Shown: piece by piece, positions 23,925-32,372 of the stretch
Layout of the letters: the number at the start of each line of letters is the position of its first letter
Numbering within the stretch: position 1 is the stretch's first letter
Assembly: GCF_001194135.2 (NCBI RefSeq)
Contig: NC_068996.1
Coordinates: 13,740,400 to 13,791,817, forward strand
Direction of reading: 5' to 3'
From: Octopus bimaculoides
Lineage: Eukaryota
DNA length: 51,418 nt
Notes under the pieces: generated by a model
Told to the model about the DNA's origin: nothing
What the model saw: only the letters and a program-made list of their open reading frames with translations
The model's database searches: none
Made by a program: the position numbers and the translations under genes

Positions 23925-24165
23925 TCTCTTTCTCTCTCTCATATTCTGGTTTTGTGTCTGTACTTGTCCCCACCAATGCTTGATTACTGGTGTTGGAGTA
24001 TTTACGTTCACGTAACTTAGTGGTTCGATAAAAGATGCCAATAAAAAGTACCAGGCATAAAAAGAAAAAAGAAACTAGTGTCGATTTGTTCGATTAAAGT
24101 TCTTCAAGGTGGTGCCCCAGTATGGTCACAGTCTGATGACTGGAAAAGATAAAAGAACCACTAAA
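23925..24165 (+). mobile_element. SINE family A, 3' half
   Basis: TTGTCCCCACCAATGCTTGA..CGTAACTTAGTGGTTCG..GTCGATTTGTTCGATTAAAG..GGTGCCCCAGTATGG. Confidence 0.8.
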
Positions 24166-24514
24166 TTCCTTAGTAGAACTTTAACGTAAAGGAGGTAACC
24201 CTTGTTCACCTATTACAATAATATGGCATTGAAACCTCTCACGGTCGCTTTACATGCTAGAAATAGTAACCCAAATGCTTTTAGAACCAAATACTGGACG
24301 TTCAAGAACCAAATGAACAGCAGATTTTCAATTCCTGGATCATTCTGATTCCCCAAAAGGTATGTGTCTAAAACAAATATAGACTGAGATACAGGGGTCC
24401 CAAACTAACAAACAGAATTTCGCATTCATTAATAGATAGATAGATAGATAGATAGATGTGTATTTGCATGTATACACACATACAAACACATACACACATA
24501 TATATGTGTGTGTG

Positions 24515-24591
<77 letters not shown>

Positions 24592-24714
24592 TTATGAAAA
24601 TTTATAGATACATGAACATATATACTTATGTATATAAAATCCTCAGTTTGTTGCTACACGTGTATACATAATGAGACCAGTTTTAAATATTTGGAGATAA
24701 GTCATCATCAGCGC

Positions 24715-24990
24715 GCCAACTTTACTGGTGCTTTATTTTATCGACCCGAGAGATATAAAGGGATAGGTTAAGCTCGACAGTATTCTAACTCTGAAGGCAA
24801 AAGACTTGGAAATTGGTGGCGGTGGAGTAGTCAGTCACATCTATCCCAAAGCTCAAATGGAAATTATTACATGACAACTAAAGAATGAAAGGCAAGGTCG
24901 ACTTTCGAACCTAGAACGTAAAGATGAAAGAAATATCACTAAGCATTTAGGCCGGCGTGCTAACGATTCTACCAGCTCGTCGCTTTCAAA
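24715..24990 (-). mobile_element. SINE family B, two adjacent fragments
   Basis: TTTTATCGACCCGAG..; GAATGAAAGGCAAGGTCGACTTTCGAAC..CTAAGCATTTAGGCCGGCGTGCTAACGATTCT. Confidence 0.75.
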
Positions 24991-25350
24991 GAGCTACGCT
25001 AATAAAATCAATGGTGATGATTGTGTTGATGATAAAGATGCCGCTGATAATAATTATAAATAGATAAATATATTCATTAATTGAATCAAAAAGTCCAAAT
25101 AACATTATTGAGAACAAATTAATCAAACGGTGCAAGATCATGGATTTTGCAATTCATATGGTAGCAGTATCGATACTAAAGAATTGTGAAACATCAGGGT
25201 CGAGTCAGACAGCTTACGAGATCCTGAGATAATTGGGGCACTCAGTGCAACACCAACAATGCTACCTGAAAGACTGAAAGATATTGTAACTGAAACTCGC
25301 TTTGTTAACCCTCAGGAAAGTACCATATTATATTCTACATGAATCCTTAC

Positions 25351-25416
25351 GAATATGCTTAGAATTTGAGTAGGCTTGTTATCGCGAAACCTCATGATAT
25401 CATGATAAGATTTTTG
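25351..25416 (-). CDS. Candidate 66-nt internal exon (QKSYHDIMRFRDNKPTQILSIF, phase 0 to 0)
   Basis: Donor TTC|gtaagg, acceptor taattag with TACTAAC at 25431-25425 (unusually close to the AG); open frame. Confidence 0.2.
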
Positions 25417-25442
25417 CTAATTAGGTTAGTATGTACCGACTT

Positions 25443-25461
25443 AATAATAATAATAATGATA

Positions 25462-25508
<47 letters not shown>

Positions 25509-25509
25509 A

Positions 25510-25556
<47 letters not shown>

Positions 25557-25595
25557 AATAATAGCAATAATAAAATAATAATAATAATAGTAATC

Positions 25596-25653
<58 letters not shown>

Positions 25654-25689
25654 TAATAATAATAATAATAAAAATAAAAAAATAAAAAA

Positions 25690-25720
<31 letters not shown>
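25443..25720. repeat. (GAT)n(AAT)n microsatellites
   Basis: Direct reading. Confidence 0.95.
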
Positions 25721-25724
<4 letters not shown>

Positions 25725-26033
25725 CAACAGCAACAAAACAGTTCTACATGCATCATTCCTCTTCTCCAATTACACCTAGTTAGATACAGACGATCAACGT
25801 CTGCTTTTGGGTAGTGCATGTATGAACACGTTAGTAGATTTCCTGTCTTCCTGTCCAGGCATTGGAGCTCTATAGGATTGCAGTTAATGATGTTAAAACT
25901 ATTGGAATACTCGAAGTGCTGGACTGTAAATGGCTTCGATGCGATTTTTTGAGTGGAGTTCAGTGTTAAGTATAAGTCTAACTCTCCTATAGTACCTCTT
26001 TCTTATTTTTTCTTCATAATAACATGCTGTATA

Positions 26034-26460
26034 GGAGGCGCAATGGCCCAGTGGTTAGGGCAGCGGAATCGCGGTCATAGGATCGCGGCTTCGATTCCCA
26101 GACCGGGAGTTGTGAGTGTTTATTGAGCGAAAACAACTAAAGCTCCACGAGGCTCCGGTAGGGGATGGTAGCGAACCCTGCTGTACTCTTCCTACACAAC
26201 TTCCTCTCACTCTTACTTCCTGTTTCTGTTGTGCCTGTAATTCAAAGGGTCAGCCTTGTCACACTGTGTCACGCTGAATATCCCCGAGAACTACGTTAAG
26301 AGTACACATGTCTGTGGAGCGCTCANNNNNNNNNNTACGTTAAGAGTACACATGTCTGTGGAGCGCTCAGCCACTTGCACGTTAATATCACGAGCAGGCT
26401 GTTCCGTTGATCGGATCAACTGGAACCCTCGACGTCGTAAGCGACGGAGTGCCAACAACA
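26034..26460 (+). mobile_element. Full-length tRNA-derived SINE (about 390 bp after removing a gap duplication), (CAA) tail
   Basis: A-box TGGCCCAGTGG at 26044-26054, B-box-like GGCTTCGATTCC at 26087-26098, non-tRNA body, ends GTGCCAACAAC. Confidence 0.85.
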
Positions 26461-26466
26461 GCATTC

Positions 26467-26720
26467 TGTATCCTTCGTTTATACCCAAGTATTTATGACT
26501 TTCTTGTGGGTCCAGCTCCTTAATGACAGTGTCGATATCTGATTTAATGGAGGCTGTTTGTTGGAGCTTCCCTCTTACAAAAGTTGGTTTAGCATACTTA
26601 TTGATGCCAAAATGCATCACGATGTCATCGCTAAACTCTTAAATAGTTGTTAACAGCCTTACTAGCTCTTGTTAATTTCTAGCAAACAGCTGCATATAAG
26701 ACAGATGGTTTATAATAGTA
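26467..26720 (-). mobile_element. R4/Dong-like RLE retrotransposon fragment (RT domains 5-7)
   Basis: NHLSY..LFARN.QEL..LL.TI.EFSDDIVMHFGINKYAKPTFVRGKL..IKELDPQESHKYLGINEG. Confidence 0.85.
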
Positions 26721-26799
26721 TTAGAAACTTTGTACCATACTTGGCCTTATTCGGTTTGTTTGAGAGTGGTATCAGTGCCATGCATAAGAGTAACGGGCA

Positions 26800-27520
26800 A
26801 AAATAATTTGAGGATCGGTGGAGCCAGAAGCCTCTACATAGACAGTATACACTTCGAAGTCGAAACACTGATATAGATCAAGCAGCAAGTCATCAGTGGT
26901 TGAAAAGTTCAGGACTGAAAGCAGAGACTGAAGATTTCATATTGACGGCACAAGATCAAAACTTGCTTACCAGAAAATACTAGGCTAACGTTCTTGAAAA
27001 CGGTTCTCACCTTAAATGCAGATTCCGCGACACATTTGACGAAACAATACACCATCTCTTTTCAGAATATCCTGTGCTGACACCAAACGAATAAAAATAT
27101 CACCATGATAGGGTAGGGCAGTATTTACACTGCAAAATATGTAAACACTACAAAATTGGTATGAACATCATCCTCAAGCAGTCGTTGAAGGTAATGATAT
27201 CAGTATCCTTTGGGATTTTCCAGTCAACACCGACAGAACGATCCAGGTTAATAGACCAGACATAATCATTAAAGGCTGGGAAGGAAATACTTGTAGACTA
27301 ATAGATGTAAGTGTTCCCAATGATAAAAGTATATCTGTAAAGGAATTTGACAAATTAAGTAAATATAACACATGGAAATTTAAATACAAAAGATGTGGCA
27401 TCTTAAAGTAAGAACTGTTCCTGATGTTGTGGGTGCCCTAGGTATGATTTTAAAAAAATAGATAGCATAAACATCTCGGTAACACATCAGGAGAACCATG
27501 TCCCAGGGAAATCCAATACG
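26800..27520 (+). mobile_element. R4/Dong-like fragment (zinc knuckle and PD-(D/E)xK RLE)
   Basis: WSQKPLH, SHQWLKSSGLKAETEDFILTAQDQ, KCRF..ETIHHL, HDRVGQYLH, ILWDFPVNTDRTIQVNRPDII, LIDVSVPND, KMWHLKVRTVPDVVGALGMI. Confidence 0.9.
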
Positions 27521-27529
27521 TTAAGCAAA

Positions 27530-28060
27530 GTGTCATCTGGAAGGCTGAGTTGGTCAGGAATTTGTTCCAAAACGTCTTGGTTTATTTGGACCATTATTTG
27601 CAGTTCCTGATCATTTCAGTTGTTTTTTCCTTGTTTCTTCTCTTGGATGATTCTGATTTTATCTTCTAAGTCGAGGAGGATGGCTGCGACAATCGTGCAA
27701 GTGTTTATTTCTGGTGGTATCTCCAGCGTTTGTATCTTGACGAAGCACCGTCACAAGGATGTTGGAACCAGGACAAGTTCACTGTTTCTCATTTGGGTTG
27801 TTGAGTGCTGTTTTTCTATATCTTCTGTAGCAAATCTGAGTTCATTTATGTTATATATCTTACCCATCGACAGATATGTTACATTTTTCCAGATAGGTTG
27901 CAAGTATTTTTCAACTGCTTGCTTTGTGGCAGTTTTTAAACGTCTATTTTTTTAAAATATAGTTTTGTACACTTTGGTACGTTTGTCTGTATTGCCTATA
28001 ATATCTGGAGGTGTGTTTATAGAAACACATCTTTCGATTTTTCTTTTTAACACGTTTCTC
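27530..28060 (-). mobile_element. R4/Dong-like fragment (pre-RT N-terminal region), highly decayed
   Basis: INELRFAT and LEDKIRII-like motifs, typical of the region upstream of the RT in this clade. Confidence 0.5.
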
Positions 28061-28079
28061 TTGTCTTTGAGAGTTTCTA

Positions 28080-28884
28080 CCGAATTATTGACTCGGAACT
28101 ATCAAGCCATTGTGACGAAAAATAATGTTGATCCAAATTGCCAATACTGCAACGATGGGGTTGAAACACTTTTAGCACCTGTAGAGTACAAATCAGGACA
28201 TGACAGAGTTGGCCTATATCTATACTGGACATTGTGTCGGCATTATAAAATCAAAACTGCTGACGAATGGTGTAAGCACCAACCCGAGGCTGTTACTGAG
28301 GGAGAAAATGTAACGATTCTTTAGGACTTTCCAGTATGTACAGACCGGACCATCAAAGAAACAAACCAGATATTGTTGTGAAATACCAAAACAATAAAGT
28401 CTGTTTATTGGTTGACATGAGCATACCGTGTGACCACAATATCTCGGTATAAGAATTTGATTAGATCAGAAAATATAAAGATTTGCTAATCAAAAGCGAA
28501 AAGATGTGGCATCGCAAGATGGTTACAGTACTAATGATTTCAAGAGCAGTTGGCTTACCACCGATACAGGAATTGCAAAAGATTGTTTTAACTGGTACGT
28601 CACGCGTACTGAGAAGAGCATTGACGTTGTGAATTTTCTTTCCTGTTTCCCTTTATTTTCTTTGTTTACTTTTATATATTTTTTTTAGTTTTTCCTTTTT
28701 CTTTCTGTTTTTATTCGCCATCTTTTCTATCACATGACTTTGTAAATGAACAATCTGGTGTGTTTATTTTAATGGCCTACCAATAAATACAGTGCGTTTC
28801 TCTGTCCTAGGTGTCAGGAAGACACTCGGCAAGAAATAGAAACATAATTGAAAGAAGATGATAATGAAAATAATAATAATAATG

Positions 28885-28940
<56 letters not shown>
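28080..28940 (+). mobile_element. R4/Dong-like 3' end (zinc knuckle, RLE, 3' UTR) ending in (TAA)n
   Basis: LLTRNYQ..DPNCQYC, HDRVGLYLYWTLCRHY, HQPEAVTEGENVTIL.DFPVCTDRTIK.NKPDIVV, LLVDMSIPCD, LTGTSRVLRRAL. The 3' UTR matches 36970-37280; (AAT)n to 28940. Confidence 0.9.
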
Positions 28941-28942
<2 letters not shown>

Positions 28943-29684
28943 GTCTGACAAAATTTTCGTGACCCTAAGGCAAGGATAAATTTTAACAATGAACCCAAAA
29001 TTCCTCTTATAATTAAAGGCTTTTCAAAGACACTCAGTAAACTATCTTCAGTTCTTCAAATCAACAGTTCTGTCGAACGAAACTATCAATAGTTATAAGT
29101 ATAACAAGCAAACTAGCAACTATAAACGATGGAAATGTGCTTAGAATTTGTTCATGAATTAAACTAAGATAAGTATATGAGCATGCGATGAAACCAATGT
29201 GGAAAAGCTACAATAAATAGCAAATGGATTAATTATACCGAAGCTATTAAGTAAGATCCAGACATTGAAATCAGAGAATTAGAACATAGACACCCAAAGA
29301 AGTAGGTAAAACTGATAAAATACGAGACACGGAAACGAAGTATAAATTAACAAAAGATTTTGATTAATATTAAATGTGGAACACAATGTTAGAAATCAGA
29401 TAATACATTTTAAGATTATAGCTTTCATAAACATATTAGCCTTCTCAATGATTCAATTACAAATTCGACATAATAAACGGATAATTAAATGAATTGAAGA
29501 AGATACTTATGGAAAACGAATGCTACAGAAACAGGTAAAAGCGTTCCGAAACCACGGCCTTAATGTCTACATAGACAGGATATGACCAATCCCCCTTACA
29601 CAGAGGATGGAACATAATATAAATAGTAATTTACTACAATCCAACAACAGTGAGACTAGAAAATAGAGAAACTTATTATATTTT

Positions 29685-30090
29685 ATCTTTTACTTGTTTC
29701 AGTCTTTTGATTGCGGCCATGCTACACCACCACCTTGAATGGTTTTAGTCGAACAAATCGACATCAGGACGTAGTTTTTAAAGTATTTTACTTATTCTAT
29801 CGGTTTTATTTTGCCGAACAGTTAAGTTACAGAGGCGTAATCACACCAACATCGGTCACCAAGCGGTGATGCAGAAGATACAGAAACAAGGACACAAACA
29901 TAACACACACACACTCATATTTACGACGGGATTCTTTCAGTTTCCATCTACAAAATCTACTCAGAAAGCTATGGTAGACCCGTGGCTATAGTAGAAGAAA
30001 CTCACCCAAGGTGCCACGCAGTGGGAAGCAAGCTTGGGAAGCAAGCTTGGGAAGCAAGCGTCTTACTATACAACTATAGCTGCGCCTAGT
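29685..30090 (-). mobile_element. SINE family A, near full length
   Basis: Full block order present; a 13-bp unit GGGAAGCAAGCTT is triplicated near the head (about 30022-30059). Confidence 0.88.
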
Positions 30091-30284
30091 GAGTGTAATG
30101 TAGAAGCATAAAAAATAACATTTCTGTATATTTAAAGAAGCAATAAAGCATAAACTAGGAATTAGTTTATGAGATAAAAGCAAAACAGCGGAAGAAAGAA
30201 ACTAATGAAAGGCAAAATCAAAATGGATTTTTTAAAAATATTCCAACGGAAAAATAGACCATTAAACCACTCTATGGTCAAAAT

Positions 30285-30410
30285 ACAGGCATAGATGAGT
30301 GTGAGGAAGCTTGCTTTCTACCCACATGATTCCGAGTTCAGTCCCACTGCGTGGCATTTCGGGCAAGTGTCTTCTACTCTAGACAGAAACTGATAGAAGC
30401 CTGTCGTGTA
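30285..30410 (+). mobile_element. SINE family A 5' part, cut by a mariner insertion
   Basis: GTGTGAGGAAGCTTGCTT..GAGTTCAGTCCCACTGCGTGGC..GGGCAAGTGTCTTCTACT..GAAGCCTGTCGTG, ending at the internal TA tract. Confidence 0.85.
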
Positions 30411-30412
30411 TA

Positions 30413-30715
30413 TATTGGGCCATCCCATAAATAATGCGGTTTTTCAATTGCATGAACAAAAAGTTGGAGAGGGACGGGATACGAAATTTTTTTCACACCA
30501 ATATACCTGTATCAGCTACTATAAAGCAGGTAGTAATTTTACCTTGTGCAAGTTTCGAAGAGTGCAGTTCGATTTTAAGTTATTATTTCTGAACCAATGG
30601 AAGTGAAAAAAGAACATATTCGGCATATTTTACCTTCTGAGTTCAATAATGGCAACAACGCAACGGAAAGTGCGAGGAATATTAACGCAGTATATGGGGA
30701 TCGGACAATAAGCGT
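30413..30715 (+). mobile_element. Mariner 5' fragment: TA plus left TIR and transposase N-terminal HTH
   Basis: TA-TTGGGCCATCCCATAAATAATGCGGTTTTT; ATG at 30597 encodes MEVKKEHIRHILPSEFNNGNNATESARNINAVYGDRTISV. Confidence 0.85.
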
Positions 30716-31105
30716 ATTCAAGAGTAATACAACACTTCGCAAATATCTCCTTCGAGTAAAACCACCGATAAAAGAGAATATGTCTAAAAACTGCGTGTAT
30801 TCCATCCTATGCAGCTGTGGTATACAAAGGCGAAACAAGTCATCCCCTCAAAATAAGAGTAGAGGAAAATCGCAAAGCAGTGACACGGGGAGATATTGAT
30901 AAATCGGGTATAGCTGATCATGTATGGGAAAATGGAGATCCCTTCCCCCTGTGGGATGAAGTTAAAATAATAGACAAAGAACACCACTGGAAAATACGAA
31001 AGTTAAAAGAAGTAGCACATATGCTAGGACACAACAACCTCCTAAGCGGACCGAGTGCAGATATGAGCAGCATATGGGAACCGGTATTAAGGAAGGATAG
31101 GAAAA
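30716..31105 (+). mobile_element. Penelope-like element GIY-YIG fragment (Penelope/Poseidon-type), one frameshift
   Basis: FKSNTTLRKYLLRVKP..NCVYSILCSCG, then YKGETSHPLKIRVEENRKAV..KSGIADHVWE..LWDEVKIIDKEHHWKIRKLKEVAHM. Confidence 0.88.
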
Positions 31106-31258
31106 TTAGGAGCTGAAGCGGGAAATCAGGTAACTATGGAGAATCAGACACATAGAAGTGGTGCTGATCGTGATTGGTGCATTGGGAATGCTTCTACGTG
31201 AATTCGTCTACAACAATTTGTCTCCATATAAAATTCATCCTCAACAATTTATAGTTTT

Positions 31259-31500
31259 ATATTTAAGAGATGAGGAATTATGCACATTATCTACATTATT
31301 TACATTTGATGGATATTTGTCCTCATCTTGTTTGTTGTTAACACAACGTTTCGGTTGATATACCCCACAGCCTTCATCAGGTGTCTTGGGGAAATTTCGA
31401 ACCTGGGTTCTCATTCCTTAGGTATTTTTCGATGTTGTTGTTGTTATTATTATTATTATTATTATTGTTGCTGTTGTTGTTGTTGTTGTTGTTGTTCTTG
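31259..31500 (-). mobile_element. SINE-like family C, left (antisense) arm of a head-to-head pair
   Basis: Near-identical to 12238-12480. Confidence 0.88.
31340..31385 (-). ncRNA. Minimal type I hammerhead ribozyme, intact core
   Basis: GACAC-CTGATGA-A-GGCTG-(10 nt)-CAACC-GAAA-CG-TT-GTGTT; one mismatch in stem II. Confidence 0.65.
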
Positions 31501-31515
31501 TTGTTGTTTTTGCTA

Positions 31516-31550
31516 TTCCAGGCTATAACCTGAATATTATTATTATTATT

Positions 31551-31593
<43 letters not shown>

Positions 31594-31745
31594 TGGAAAA
31601 ATAACTTGGGAATGAGAACCCAGGCTTGAAATTTCCCCAAGACACCTGATAAATGTTGGAGAGTATATCAGCCGAAACGTTGTGTTAACAACAAACAAGA
31701 TGAGGACAAATATCCGTCAAATGTAAATACTGTAAATAATGTACA
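31516..31745 (+). mobile_element. SINE-like family C, right (sense) arm of the head-to-head pair
   Basis: Starts at TTCCAGGCTATAACCTGAATA (head remnant); about 160 bp is the reverse complement of the left arm. Confidence 0.88.
31641..31686 (+). ncRNA. Hammerhead ribozyme copy with a mutated core (CTGATAA), probably inactive
   Basis: GACAC-CTGATAA-A-TGTTG-(10 nt)-CAGCC-GAAA-CG-TT-GTGTT; G8 changed to A. Confidence 0.5.
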
Positions 31746-31990
31746 ACAATTTATCTACAGATAAAACTAGTGAGAGATACAGAGAGCGCGGTTAGCATTA
31801 AAGGAGCAGTTATAAACTTATTTTTCCTAATGACCAAACTACGACTACCACAATTTGTTCTTCCTAAAGAGAACAATATGTATCAATAACAGCACCCTTC
31901 AGTTTAAAAATTTTCAGCATCTTTTCTTCGAGGCTTTGTCGTAATTGCAAGAGAAAAGTGATAAAATTTAAGTACTCTGAAGCCCATACA

Positions 31991-32181
31991 ATGCTTCTTC
32001 AATATATAGAGACAGAGAAACGAATAAAGAAAAATTAGTCCATGGTAGTTCGTTCTATAAAAATAGAGAGAATGGAGCCAAGACTTATTGGAAGTGTGAT
32101 AAATATCACAAATATAAGTGCTGTGCTCGTGTAACTACATTAGAGGAAGAAATAACTAGTCTTGTAAATGAACACAATCAT
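31991..32181 (+). pseudogene. FLYWCH zinc-finger coding remnant (MULE transposase N-terminus), frameshifted
   Basis: MLLQYIETEKR/KEKLVHGSSFYKNRENGAKTYWKCDKYHKYKCCARVTTLEEEITSLVNEHNH; the ORF track missed it. Confidence 0.85.
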
Positions 32182-32372
32182 AAACTTGTAGATGAATTGC
32201 ATTCGTAGATAAATTGCTGTAGATGAATTGTATATGTGGATGAATTGTTGTAGACAAATTCGACGGATACCATTGGGAACCATTAGTAAAAGTGCGGATT
32301 CGTGGCTTCAGAAGCTAGAAATTACCATCAGAACGGGGCTGTTGCAGAAAACAGCCTTGTTGGGAACGAAAC

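Larger units (their letters stand above)
31189..32270 (+). mobile_element. Non-autonomous Mutator-like (MULE, Phantom-like) DNA transposon with 9-bp TSD
   Basis: TSD CATTGGGAA at 31180-31188 and 32271-32279; imperfect long TIRs built from ACAACAATT(C/T)(A/G)TCTAC subrepeats; internal FLYWCH remnant. Confidence 0.85.
31106..32372 (+). mobile_element. R4/Dong-like RLE C-terminal fragment split by the MULE (31106-31188 and 32271-32372)
   Basis: Removing 31189-32279 restores ELKREIR*LWRIRHIEVVLIVIGALG-TISKSADSWLQKLEITIRTGLLQKTALLGT. Confidence 0.82.

Noticed and set aside
26034-26110. Functional tRNA gene
   Set aside because: A and B boxes are present, but there is no complete cloverleaf and it continues into a SINE body.
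26292-26369. 34-bp direct repeat inside the SINE
   Set aside because: Identical copies flank a 10-N gap, the typical unmerged contig-overlap artefact.
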